DNA of 63,183 nucleotides, filler included, from Kipferlia bialata (taxonomy: Eukaryota): NCBI GenBank assembly GCA_003568945.1. It is 3 parts of 3 records of this genome, joined end to end, with 100 filler letters (N's around TTAATTAATTAA, not from the genome) between each part and the next. Parts side by side here need not be neighbours in the genome. Positions count along the whole stretch, not along the records: positions 1 to 23,793 come from BDIP01000095.1; positions 23,894 to 55,850 come from BDIP01000096.1; 1 more part is not named here. One strand, 5' to 3'. Shown piece after piece: positions 13,401 through 26,532 of this stretch. The notes beneath the pieces were generated by a model. That model had not been told where the DNA came from and ran no database searches. It saw only the letters and a list, made by a program, of their open reading frames with translations. The position numbers and the translations under genes were made by a program. Each line of letters opens with the position of its first letter. The stretch's first letter is position 1.

Positions 13401-16400
13401 TGGGGTATGGTACAGGTCCTAGAATAAGATGATCCAATGGCAATAGAAGCTCATCATCGAATGTATATATATGATATAGGTCAATCAATAATATTCAATA
13501 GTATGATATGTGTATTCAAATCAACATACTATACCTGCAATTCCATCTAGTGTCATGAATGTCTTCCAGGCCCTGCTGGGACATCCAGCTGTGATCTAAG
13601 GTGAGTACTATACTGATATACATGAACACAGAGAAGGGAAGTGTCACACACAACAACGTGATCAAATCAAGGAGAGATGGTAAAGCCAGTAGCTCCATAC
13701 TAGATACATAGGGAGGTATACAGTAGGTATTACATCCATGCTGGTTATATAGGGAGGCACCCAGTACTGTCATACTCAAATGAATATATATATTAATATA
13801 AATATATATATATATATTTACAAATATACAATACTATACTAAAAGAGCGTTACCTCCAAGTCGGTTATATAAGGAGCGTGTCTCCTCAGGGCAAGTGCAA
13901 TCAGAGCATACTCAGCCTGACAGGTTAGAATAGACACTATATATCAGTAGTCAGTACTACAATTGATATACATATTTGGATATAATACATATGTCTATTA
14001 TCAGTATGCCATCAGGGCATACTCAGCCTGACAGGTAAGTACGAATACAGGATTCATAATACTCTGATACAGTGCGCTAACCTCACTTGCCTCCTCCAGT
14101 AGCTCTGACTGCTCGTCATCGTCCATGCAGATGGTGTCTAGGCAGCCTAGAGTTAGAACACTCAACCGCACTTAATTGAAGAGAGAGAGAGAGAGAGAGA
14201 GAGATCTGATTGCTCGTCATTAATGCATATTGTGTCTAGGCATACTAGAGTTAGGAGATCCAAGTACAAATGCACACAGAGAAAGAGAGAGAGAGAGGGC
14301 TGTACTTGTACTCATTGCGATTACGTCAATACTGCATACACTTAGACGGTCGGCCTCACCTAGGTACATGGGTAGTACATATTTGTATACATATATATAT
14401 ATATCAAGATTGTGACTCACCTTGTCTGTGCAGGTTTAGCACCCTAGGGAAGTGAGTTGGAAACTTGAACTCATCCACATCCGCAAAGTCCAGCTAGACG
14501 TCAGTTACGTATATATCTATATCTATATACATATATATATATATATGTGTGTGTGTGTATGTATGTATCTAACGGGCTATTTTACAGACTTGAAATTGAA
14601 GGGAACTTGAACTCATCCACATCAAACATAATTGTTATACACTAGCTGGAGTGAGTTCTGTATTCTGCTATACATATTCATCATCAACGTGCTACTATTG
14701 GCGAAGTGGGACTAGGACTACATATAGAAATGTAACGTTGTTCCAGAACAGCTGGAGCCAGGTGTGGTAGTAAAAAAACAAAAAAAAGAAAAGAAAGAGG
14801 ACACATATTCCATACCTCTCAATATATGCTATGGTGTGATTACCACTGAGTATATATATATCATACTATCACAATACCATGAGCCTAGTATGTATTGCAT
14901 ACCTGCTTCATCTTGTCTCCTCTGCGCTCCAGTGCATCTGGGGGTCAGTGTCAACTCAGAGACATGCATAGAGTATGAAATGAGGGAATCACCAAACAAT
15001 GATAAGATATTAATACATACAATACTATATACCAAAAGAAAGCAATGAATCACTGACCTAACAGGTACCCAACCGTATCCTCGTCCTCATCAACGTCGTC
15101 TGTGTCACAGGATGTGAAGGACAGGGAGTGGAGGTTGGGCAGATGGGGAATGCAGTCCGCAATCTGAGGGTCAGATTAGTAACATACTTACATATATATA
15201 GTTAGTTAGTGTATTCAGAGAATACAAAGTCAAAAATGATTTGGTTGTTGAAAATGTCTTGATTTGGGAGCTATCAACATAGGATTAAGACATATCTTCA
15301 GATACAAAACTCACTATACATCTAGGGTACTACTGTACTAGTCACTTGGAGTTACCTTTGGAAACAGCGTTCCATCGTGGTAGATGTTAGCAAACTCAAT
15401 CTCCTGGAGGTAAGGGAATACAAAAGAGAGAGAAGGCGGGGGGGGGGGGGGGGGGGAGAGAGGGGGGGACATAGAGAATGAATGCCTCAATATAAGATAT
15501 CGCTGAGACCAGGACACAATGAGTCTTCTTTAAATACAATATACTTCTCTGTCTGTGGATAGCACTTCTAAAGATAGTGTAATAACTCTAGATGTGATGC
15601 CCCACTGAGAGCTAGGCACAATCAGTCTTTAGCAAATAGTAACGTAGAACTAATTACATCTATTCATACCTCCAGGTGTGATTCCCCACTGAGGGCGAGG
15701 CACCATGAGTCTTCCATACACACGACTTGGTACTATCAAATAGTAACTACTAGATATATTATTGACACTGATTCAATCAGTCATACCTCCAGGTGTGATG
15801 CCCCACTGAGTGCCAGGCACAGCAGGTCAGCCATGGCAGGAGTCTCCATGGAGAAGACTGGTGTTGGGGTATATACATAAGAATAGAGGTTGTATATATA
15901 TACGCTATGTATGTTAATACACAGTAAGTCAGCCATGGCAGGACTTCCACGGAGAAAACTGCCTTTAGGCAATAGATGAATGGGATAGTATATACACTAA
16001 TGTATGTATATATCGTTGATGGAGACTGTCTGGTCATCACCTCGTCTAGATTCATATACATATATAAACAATAGAATCAAAATAGAAAGGAATCAATATA
16101 TAGATGTACAAATACAAATAATAGATCTATGCATATTAACATACTCACCGTTGATGCATACCGACTGGTTGTTGGCTATCTGGTCAAGGGTCTCCCTGAG
16201 CTCTAGGGTGAGTGAACAGTAGATCCAAACATGTGGATCCTCATATATATGTATTATATACATATGAAGACCCGAAAACATGAGGATATGCATGTAGAGG
16301 AATATATTTTGTCCTCACACCGTCATCCCTGTCCCCCCAATCACAATATATATACACACACACATATGTATATATATATACAAATATGGAAACATATACT

Positions 16401-17257
16401 TACACACATATAAATATATTAGAATATATATATATAGAAAGAGAGAGAGAGAGAGAGGGAGAGAAGTACACTGTCCACTCTGTCCCATACATATAGAGAG
16501 ATAGGCGTATATATATACATACATATATATGTTGTCTATGCATACTACTCACCATCATTCATGTCCTCCCTGTCCCATATATATATAGAGAGAGAGATGC
16601 GTATATATAGGTCTATAGATATATATCCTCATGTGCTGTATATATATATAAATAAATATATATATACTCACCATCATCCATATCGTCCCTGTCCCTCTCC
16701 GGCACAGTGCAGTAGGGGTACTCTTCCCACCTAGAGTGAGTGTATGAAACCATAGTAGTATATACATATATATATATATATATAGTGTCTCTCTCCGGCA
16801 CAGTGCAGTAGGGGTACTCTTCCCACCTTGTATGAGCATAGTAGTATATATTAATATATTAATATATTAATATATACAGAGAGAGAGGGGGGGAGGGAGG
16901 GAGAGAGAGAGAGAGTCCATCTCCGGCACAGTAAGTATGGGACTCAGACTGGTATAAGTATGAAATTATAGTGTGGTGAAAGAAGACAGATATGGAGAGG
17001 GGAGGGAGAGAGAGAGAGAGAGAGAGAGGGCAGAGTCACATGGCAGGGAAGCAGTGATGGAAACTATACATACTCATATATACACTTAGTACTGGACAAA
17101 TGGTACTCTTCTATTTGGGCATCTGAGAGGGCCGGTAGACACTCACCTACATAGAGAGAGGTGCACATAACTACTGACAACAAGATGCATATGACTCTAT
17201 ATATAGTGACACAGAATAAGTGTACCTCGGATCCGTCAGACCCTCCCAGGACGCCAT
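7473..17257 (-). CDS. Large multi-exon RNI-like leucine-rich-repeat protein with acidic inserts (could be more than one gene)
   Basis: Many exons carry LxxLxL motifs: LCLALSGASHLE, CIPHLPNLHSLSF, ICPAIQNMPSLTELDLGDNS, AVQSLPLLEELHIE, LSSLSMYENQLGK, FPVLETLPSLTNLNLSEC. There is a Glu-rich exon at 9777-10348. Putative start MASWEGLTDPE at 17257 (uncertain) and end ...EREGREMGE* at 7473. Confidence 0.7.
10944..11180. repeat. Three diverged copies of an LRR exon 3' end plus donor site
   Basis: ACCTCTATATGGAGTTC..GCACAGC occurs at about 10945, 11038 and 11131. Confidence 0.9.
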
Positions 17258-17273
17258 TGCCCTCTCCCCCTAT

Positions 17274-17326
<53 letters not shown>

Positions 17327-17675
17327 TATCTAGATCTATCTAGAACAGAGATAGAGGTCTACACAAGTCTCTCACTCAATCCACACAATAGTGTGCAAGA
17401 GAGTGAGCCTTGGCAAGAGTAGTAAGGCACCCACAGTCAATCCAACTAACAGTGTGTGTCCCACAGTATCACAGAGGGAGGGTATGGTGGAAGTGACTAG
17501 AGAGTGGTGTGTTGAGCTGGACGTCAACTGCTGACTAAAGGGTGTAACTTCTCCGGCAAAAAAAGTCGGAGTGAGTTCATTCTCAGTATGCACTTTGATA
17601 CCCTCTCTCTTTTGATGTGCTCTCTTCTACTAGGATTGCGCCTATCCTAACTTACTAACCCTATGGATGTGTGAC

Positions 17676-20600
17676 ATGAGGGGCCTCGGTTGGGAGTGAC
17701 ATCGGTCTCTCTCTCACTCTCATTGGTAGCTGCGTATCCTTGTACTTCACTACCTACTCTCTCCCAAGACTGAGTTAGAGGGTGAGTGGTAGAGAGAGAG
17801 AGAGAGAGAGATGGTCCGTGGTACAGTGAAGTCAGAGAGGCAGAGGGAGAGAGAGCGTGTGGAACTGTCCCTGTACATGGACGAGGTGGAGGTATGGGGT
17901 GGTGCATACATGTATCAGTACATGCATGTGGTATGCATTGTTTATGCACTGGTGCTTAGTATGTACGGGATTATGAACTCTCTCTGTGTATGAACGAATT
18001 CTAGGCTCTCTTCTAATTCCATGTCAAACCTGTGAGTCTCTATGTGTGCTAGTCTATCTATACACTAATTTCCAGGGCTCCTCAGACTATGACCTCCTCT
18101 CTTCTTAATCGATGTCTATATACACTAAGACACACACCTATATGAATTTTCAGCATATACTACGTGTTCTACTTCTATCCCTCTTTACTCTCTTCTCATA
18201 TCCTGATCCCTCTATCCCCAGGGCTCCTCTGACTGTGACCCACTGCCTGCTGAGCTGGATGACTACAAGGTGGGATATGTACATATACATATATATATGT
18301 ATATATATATATAGATGTCCAAGGGGATATGTATACATATGTATATACACATCTATATCTATGCATGAGCTGGATGACTACAAGGTGGATACATCATATG
18401 TAAATATGCATTCATTGATATCAATATCTCTATGCATTCACCTACTAGGTGAGATATTTATATAAGTATATACTCGCATATATATGGACGCCCGCAATGT
18501 CATAAGCTAATTGCACTCCCCACGCATGTCTGGCTGTCTCTCTCCCTGAATACGCGTGCATACAGACATGTATATATGTGTAAATTCTTGCCTCTCTGAC
18601 TTCAGTCCCCCCCCAGCCACCTCTTCTCCCCATCTCGATCTCTCTCTCTCTCTCGTTCTCTCTGTCTCCACCCTCTCTTACTCCAGTCCCCCCCCAGCCA
18701 CCTCTTCTCCCCATCCATATCGGAGTCTGACTCCCTGTGCCTGTCCCAGTCGCCCAGGAACGGAAGGTATATACATCTCATTGTATGTATATATAAATAT
18801 ACATTCAGTATATCTATACATACAATATTGATGTCCACTGGATGATATGTCAGACTCCCTGTGCCTGTCCCAGTCACCCAGGAATGGGAGGCATGTATAT
18901 AACTCTCACTATATATATATATATATATAGTTATCATGTATCACTATATATACAATATTGCTGTAGATCTATGATATGTCTGACTCCCTGTGCCTGTCCC
19001 AGTCACCCAGGAATGGGAGGTATACCAAGATGTATACTATATATAGATATAATGTTTGTATTATCCAAGTACCAATGTGTATACAGTAATATAGTTACTA
19101 AGTGATGTATTAAATATACACGATTGTGGTGTGTCTGACTCCCTGTGCCTGTCCCAGTCACCCAGGAATGGAAGGTATGTATTCATATCAAGACATATAC
19201 TAGTACCTATATTTTGTTAAATCTCGGTCCAAATATTGGTACGATTCAGTATACAGAACAATACTTTAATAGTGTTCAATCTATGCATCAATATTCCACC
19301 CCAGGATAGGCATTGCCATCATTTGTCACAATATATGTATTTATATATATTTGCAATACTGATATAGTCATCTCACACCAGGATAGGCACTGCCGTTATT
19401 TTTGTAACTTCCACAATATATATAAATATTATTGTTACTATTATATATCTATATATTTGCCATACAGATATCATCATCTCACACCAGGATAGGCACTGCC
19501 ATCAGAGCCAGTGAGGCTGCTGTCCCTCCACAAGAGGCATTCAGGTATATATTCATATATATATATACATAGGTATCTTTCATACATATAATAAATATAC
19601 ACGCCCTTATGGGGCAGTCAGGTTAGACACTGATGTTTTTATATATGCATACTTGATGAATATATGGTGTTTTGGTATGGTAATATCATCACCTCTCACC
19701 TCTAGGCGCTATATGGGAACGTCACCTCCAGAGGCATCAGGTACGCACACTACCTAAATACTTCTTTATATACATTATATTCGGCCACTCTCTCTCTATA
19801 TATATACGTGTATTAATATGGATTTTCCTCTGACTTCCAGAAGTGCGTGTCCCCATCACCTCCTTTGACCCAGCCAACCCCCTTGACCTGCTGCACCCCA
19901 CATACATAGGTACATCTCTCTCTCTCTCTCTCCAAAGACCCCATGCATCCCACATCTACCCATATATAAATGGATTGCCACTGAAACATTCATCAATTCT
20001 CCTTCTCTCTCCCTAGTGACACAGGCACTGATATCGGTACAGACACACACACTGGGAGGCATGGTCTAGGCCATATAGCAGGAGAGGAGATGGGGGAGAG
20101 AGAGGAGACTGCTGGGGTCAGGAGGGGCTGGAGGGTCAGGTAAACATGTCATCTGGGTCTTGTATGTACATCTATACAAGTATGGTGGTACAGTATTGTA
20201 TTCAATATTATTATACATGTGTACCCTAACCACAGACTGAAGGAGAGACGCCGTGAGAGAGGCAGACTGAGAGAGTCCTCTGCCCCAGAGACCAAGGCCC
20301 TGGCAGAGCCAATTCACTTTGCTGCTAGGTAGCTACGATAGTAGCAGTGTATACACACGCTATATGTAATATGTAGGTAATAGTAGTAATAATGTGAGTT
20401 CTTGAAAGCCTCACTTACCCAGGAACTCCAAGACATACCTGTCTGGGATATGTGTAGTGTAGCGCATATATCTATCTATCATCTTACATATATATATACA
20501 TAGTCTGACCCAGGAACTCCAAGACATACCTGGCAGAGAGGAGCCGCATCACAGGCACTCAGGTATGAATCATACGCATTCATTGAAGTGTCATATCTCT

Positions 20601-23499
20601 TCTGGTCATATACATCTATTAATGTAGAGAAGCATACACGTTGTATGGTGTTTTTTCATCCAGGGCAGTATTTTACCTCACTCTCACCCCAGTCCTTCGA
20701 TGACATCCCCTTTGCCCACTGCATCAGACATGACGGAAGGAGACTCAGTGTACGTAGACACATTATTGGATATATATATTGGCCACTTTATCCTCGAGTC
20801 GATTTGAGGTATACGTGGTGTCTCAAAATTCTATTGATCAGAGTAATGCTTCTGTGTTGGGTATAGTATTGATGTTATAGTCATTTGGCGTGTAAGTTCT
20901 CATATCAAGCACCCCTGGGAGGCCTTGCTCACTGTGTGTATGCTCCCTGTTGCCCTTGTCCGGATGGGTCTCAGCCTCATGATACTAGGGTATGGATAAC
21001 ACATGTGTATTCACCTGTCGAGTTATCAGTCAGTATGCATAGTTGTACTGGTATTCTTGGGCGTGTATGTCTAATGATATACACATATACTAATTCGTTG
21101 GTGCTGAACCTACTCACCCTGTCCAATTGCACTGCACTAGTGTTTGCTATCCTCTTCTTGGGATCCTCCACCATGGACGATATGAACTCGATTGTGGTAC
21201 TATACAAGTGATCATCTCTAATGTCAGTATCTGGTGTGGTCTCCTCAGGATCCTCACCATGGACGGTGTCTATGGAGACAGGATGGGCAGAGTGAGGTGG
21301 AGCATTGTCAAGGCAGTATCAAGGTAAGTGGGTACACTATCGATTTCACTGAGATGTCTTGTTTTACACTATTGTTATCTAAATTTCTTGTTCTTTCTTT
21401 TGTTGTTCAGTCACACTACAGGTTCTCCTCCTTCCTTGTCCTCAAGTGCTATGGGTTCCTTCACATTACTGTCAAGGGCGACCCAAACACCAGAGACGAA
21501 GATAGGTACTCCATCGTCTGACACGTCTCTCACATGTATACAAGCCCACAGGTATGAGACGTGTGAGCCTCGTGTTTTGATAGGCTATGGTTTGTATGCT
21601 CCTCACAGGACGTTACTAATGTCGTATGTTCTATGGACCTGTGGTTATATATATATATATATGTGTGTGTGTGTCTACCAACTGACCCCTAGAGATGCAG
21701 AGTTTGGTCTCCACAGGCACCCTGCCTCCTACCCCGTCATATCCAACCACGTGTCTTTCCTGGACCTCTTTGTCCTCATGCAGAAGGTATTACATATATA
21801 TAGTAATGTAGTATCACTACTAATACATCACTACTTATTGGGTTGCCCTGTTAATCTCTGTGGTAGCATCGAAGCTAGAAGCAGTGATATCTGGCACTAC
21901 ATGTATATAGCATGTATAGTGCCTGGTACTATATGCGTTTCCTTCTGTTTCCTACTTTCCACACTTTACCCCAGAATGTTACATTCTGCTTCGTGATTGA
22001 CAACGAGGTGGAGGACGGCCTCTTTGTAGGTACCTGCTTCACAACTTGAACAGTCTTAACCATATCACAAGTGTAGTAACTGATAAAGTCTGTACTGTAG
22101 GTGATATGTCTAACTGATAGGAACCATCTTCCAGCGCCTTGGCGGTGTCTATGTGGAGCGGGACAGTCGAGGTATCCACCCTCCAGTATATATCCATAAT
22201 TTCACATCATACCACCCAAGCCAAGTTGTTGTTGTTGAGACCACTTGAGTAACACTCAATATTCTGGTTCTCGAGTATCTTCATTCCCATGTAGCTAACA
22301 TTCAGAGTCATGCAATGCCGCTGCCGCTGCCATTATGGACAGGAACAGTGGGGTCAACAGCGATAGAGTTCTGGCGGTGAGTTAGGCTATCATTGAATCT
22401 ATTACTTATGTAGTATTCCATACGCGATATTGATTAATACTGGCTTTGTTTGTGTCTCACCAGCAGGTATACCCAGAGGGCAACGTGCTCAACCAGCAGG
22501 CAGTCTGCCACTTTAAGACTGGTGCATTTAGACCACGCATGCCCCTCCGACCAGGTACTATCCCATATTCAAACATGTATTATATCTGATCTCTCATTGG
22601 CAACTCTAACGTAGAGTCTCTAAGCCTTGTTATTTGAATGTAGTAAATAGGTGAATATGTCATATGTTACTCTAACGTCAGTGGCAATATCATATCCGCA
22701 CAAGAGAGCCAATGCCACCAACTGCAACATGCCAGTGTCCTCACATGCCCTGAGAATGATGTCACAGGTACTGGCATGTATATACAATACTCATCATAAC
22801 TGAGGGGTGTACGGAATACCATTGTATATGTTGATTGTTTCACTTCTGATGTTAGGTCATCAACAGGGTCTCTGTCTCCTTCCTAGACTTGGTACGACCC
22901 TTCCCCCAGGAGACCGTGAGGTAAGCATAGTGTGATAGAGTACACAAATTCTAGTAAGTACAAGTGTGCCTGAGCATTATACTACATGCATTAACATACT
23001 AGTTTCTCCATGGTCATAAGTTAGTGATGTGTTGTCATCTATGAATGAGACAGTCTATCCTGACACTCCAGACAATATACCGACCGGTGCCAGTTTATGA
23101 TCGCCGCAGAGCTCGGAATCCCAGCCTCAAGGTGGTATATACATGTACTGATATTGATGTACAGAGTTCCGCTGTCGAGATTCTCTCGTCTTCTTCTCTA
23201 TATCCGGATAGCCGTATTCCCAGGCACACCTCATATGAGTCGAATTCCACACTCATTTAGCAATAATTATACTTGTATATATAGCATATCTATATATACT
23301 TGTATCAGCATCGTCACTCATTCCCAGACACACCACCGAGGAGTGCATATCATACAGGAGCTTCCTCAATGATGAGATAGGTATGTATGCCAGGATGCAT
23401 GTAATACCGTGAGACTCTGTATATATGTTATATATAGACATGTGCTAACCGCGTAGAGTTTGACCAGGCCCTGCTGTCCTACCAGATCTGGCACGATAG
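17676..23499 (+). CDS. Lysophospholipid acyltransferase (LPCAT/LPEAT-like, PlsC family) with long N-terminal extension; start uncertain
   Basis: Motif I ISNHVSFLD (about 21738-21765), motif II VYVERDS, motif III VYPEGNVLN..HFKTGAF..PLRPV, and TM segment LLTVCMLPVALVRMGL. Ends ...GPAVLPDLAR* at TAG 23497-23499. Confidence 0.85.
18726..19175. repeat. Four copies of an exon 3' end plus donor
   Basis: GACTCCCTGTGCCTGTCCCAGTC(A/G)CCCAGGAA occurs at about 18729, 18853, 18982 and 19137. Confidence 0.92.
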
Positions 23500-23793
23500 G
23501 CATAGGGTGGTGAGGGAGAGGGTCCCAAGGATGGGTGGTCAATAGAGAGTATCCTATCATAGTGTCTCAGTCTCCGATGGGTTATGCTGAAACGTATATG
23601 TCAATGCTAACAAAGGATGTAATGTATCTGTGTCTTTATCAGTATCAGTAACAAGTCTGTCACAATACACACCTGTTTGATTCCTTGATTCCCTCCTGAG
23701 ACTGGCCTTTACACGGAATCACCTCACCCGCAACCCTTACATTCAATGAAAAGAGGTCTCATGTGTGGGGCCCGTACATGCACTGTCTAGTCT

Positions 23794-23893
23794 NNNNNNN
23801 NNNNNNNNNNNNNNNNNNNNNNNNNNNNNNNNNNNNNTTAATTAATTAANNNNNNNNNNNNNNNNNNNNNNNNNNNNNNNNNNNNNNNNNNNN
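23794..23893. other. Artificial contig spacer (N44-TTAATTAATTAA-N44)
   Basis: Exactly 100 bp with a six-frame stop linker at 23838-23849. Confidence 0.97.
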
Positions 23894-23894
23894 A

Positions 23895-23942
<48 letters not shown>

Positions 23943-23944
23943 AC

Positions 23945-24171
23945 CTGGCTGGGTCCGACAGACAGTCCCTCAGAAGGCTCTCCCTCTCCACGGAGGCCAG
24001 CATAGAGTGGCCCTGAGAGTCAGAAATAGAACAGCATGCATGACATGAGTCATTCATGATCACAATATACAATATAGACACTGTCATGCAAGAGCCAAAG
24101 CACACACACCACTAGGATACCTTCAGCAGGGTAACCAGGTCACGCTTGATCTCATCACGGCTGGGTGACAT
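23945..24171 (-). CDS. 5' two exons of an unknown gene truncated by the contig end
   Basis: ATG at 24171 gives MSPSRDEIKRDLVTLLK, then a GT-AG intron, then GHSMLASVERESLLRDCLSDPAR followed by a donor and a poly-G contig end. Confidence 0.6.
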
Positions 24172-24513
24172 CTTGGGAGTGAAGAGAGACGAACGACCAA
24201 TCATGAACCCAATCAAATGCCATAATTGCAAGAGTACCGGGTTCGAGCCTGCCTTCGACATGATTTCCTCTACCTTTTCAACACTGCTTTAGCTACCCAA
24301 TAACACTCATCTATTCTTAAAAACGACAACAAGAACTCCAATTCTCTCTGCTCACTGTTGGGGTATGGCTATGCAAGCAGAGAACGCTAAATGCGCCAAA
24401 TGTGGCCAAACGTACCACTGAGACTACACACCATAGTCCCGTAACAATCCAATCATCCTGGACCCAGTGTCTATACATAGACTATACCTAGACATTGTCT
24501 ATATAGACCCTGT

Positions 24514-25811
24514 CTAGATGGCCTCACTGCCGAGGTGGTCTCTCTCGCTGGGCTTGGCTGGATGTGAGGAACGAAGAGAGGACAGTTGGGATGTATATAT
24601 ATATAACTATAGAGACATGCACACGTACCTGCTCCCTTGAGGGGGGGTGCAATCTCCTCGAGTGACTTGTTCTCGGCATCCACGCCAATCTTGAGCTCAG
24701 TGACTGCAGCCACCATCATAAGAATACTGGGGTGGGAGATATGTGTAAATATGGGTGTATAAGTAGATAGAAGGGTCCTCAAAATACCTCCATATATATA
24801 TATATATATGGAGGGAGAGAGAGGCATACCTGGCAGACAGGTACCCGTAGAACATGTAGGTGCGGTTGTTGGTATCCAGGATGGAGCCTGAGGGTATGAG
24901 GGGGGAGAGGGAGAAGACATGCCACAGTATGGTACATATAAGGTACAAGAACAGGTGCTTGGTATTGACACAAATAGTATTGTATTGATATACATACACC
25001 CAGCCCTACCGAAGATGAGGGGGCCAGTGATGCCGCCAAAGCCAGTCCCCAGGGAGTAGAAGAGAGCGATGGCCATGGAACGGAACTCAATGGGGAACAC
25101 CTCGGCTGGGGGGGTGAGAGTGTATAGGGAGAGAGATAGTATCTTAGTGCCATATATAGTATGTATATATATATATATACACGTACCGATGGTGAGGTAC
25201 CCACTGCTGGCGGCAGGGGAGGCAACGAAGAAGACGCAGGAGAAGGCAATGGTCTAGGGGTGAGGGTGAGAGGCAAGGGTGTAAGGTAGTCAATAGGTGG
25301 CAATGTGAGTATATACTGTGGACTCACATACCTGTGACATATATAAATATATACAATATGATGCAGCATACCCACCTGTGTAACGGTTGACATGAGGCTG
25401 CACTCAAACAGGATGCCGTCCAGAGTGAGGAGAAGGGCAGAGGCGCTGGGTGAGGGAGAGTGAGTATGGCATGACAATATGCTAGAGGACAGTACAGAAT
25501 ACAATGAATACAATTGAGTGTACGCACACATATACATAGATCTATACAATATATACATTCATATACAATCCAACAACACTAACACCCCTACCTGTACATG
25601 ATGAAGATAGCCTTCTTACGGCCCAGAGTGTCGAAGGTACGGCCTGAGGTGGGGAGAGTAGAGACCATCAACAAATGAATGTGTTTAGTATATATTATAA
25701 TAAATGGTTCAGTGCATATTGACACCGATTATAGTACATAAGCTTTATACCGGCCACCCACCCAGGATGAATGAGCCGAGGAAGTTACCACAGGCAAAGG
25801 GAATGATGAGG
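24514..25811 (-). CDS. MFS transporter (sugar-porter-like, bacterial type), C-terminal half only, 8 exons
   Basis: Spliced product LIIPFACGNFLGSFILGRTFDTLGRKKAIF..FFVASPAASSGYLTIAEVFPIEFRSMAIALFYSLGTGFGGITGPLIFGSILD..GVDAENKSLEEIAPPL. Contains the MFS motif-A repeat DxLGRK and the ExFPxxxR motif. Confidence 0.9.
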
Positions 25812-25874
25812 CTGGGTCAGGAGAAGGGGGGAGAGAGAGAGAGAGAGAGAGAGAAATGATGGGGGGGAGGAGAA

Positions 25875-25909
<35 letters not shown>

Positions 25910-26532
25910 CTAGTTACCAACCCAGTACCTGTGACGGACACCAAAGAGCGCTCCCCCACAATGGTACTGACACGGGGAAGTGGTTGGTTCATATCGGTTG
26001 CATCAATGGTATGTGTGAGAGTAGCAGACCGTGCAAACTGTGAGTACACTTTGGTGGCATCACTCCAGTTGGGGTGTGTGTCACATACTACAACGTAGTG
26101 ATTGGTAAACATATGCTTTTACCAGGGCTGAAGAGAGTAAGCTCACGTTATTCTGAGTGGCAACCGAAAAGAAATCGAAACAAAAAAACTCGCAATTTGG
26201 CAGTCCTGCTTGTTCTTCACCCTCAACGCGTTGTGTGCCCTCGAGCCTCGTTCAGTGGATATCGCTGCTCCGGGGGACATAAACAGGCCTTATATTGCCC
26301 CTGTGTTGCCTCGAGAGCTCTGTCATCCAGTGTTTGGTGTAGGAAATCTTGGGAGAAGCTTCTTCTCGGCTTTTTGGCCTCTCAGCTTCTTCTCGGCTAC
26401 CCTCTTGGCCTAGAAGTGGCGGAGGAGTGGCCATAGTGAAACCTGAACCTGTCTGTGTTGCCTTGCAACCTTCACACGGTGTGATTTCTGCCGTGCCCAA
26501 TCTGACTCCCATCTAATACTGCCTGAAGTCAG

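Noticed and set aside
18726..19175. Direct repeats of about 35 nt with unique spacers, superficially CRISPR-like (also 46728-47150)
   Set aside because: The repeats are copies of eukaryotic exon ends, the spacers are irregular intronic DNA of about 90-120 nt, and there are no cas genes.
23838..23849. Palindromic TTAATTAATTAA inside N runs (also 55895-55906), resembling a piggyBac TTAA site
   Set aside because: It is a six-frame-stop linker centred in identical 100-bp spacers, so it is artificial.
24110..24119. Donor GTATCCTAG on the minus strand, close to the U12 consensus
   Set aside because: It lacks the full GTATCCTT motif and a U12 branch site (TCCTTAAC), and the intron ends in the usual CTGAC..CAG.
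24225..24262. GGTTCGAGCC resembling a tRNA T-loop/B-box
   Set aside because: No complete T-stem, acceptor stem or D-arm can be formed.
25929..26433. Minus-strand ORF pieces (MATPPPLLGQ.., MFTNHYVVV..) as the missing MFS N-terminus
   Set aside because: They contain no transmembrane helices or MFS motifs and may belong to another gene cut at the poly-G tract. The evidence is too weak to call.
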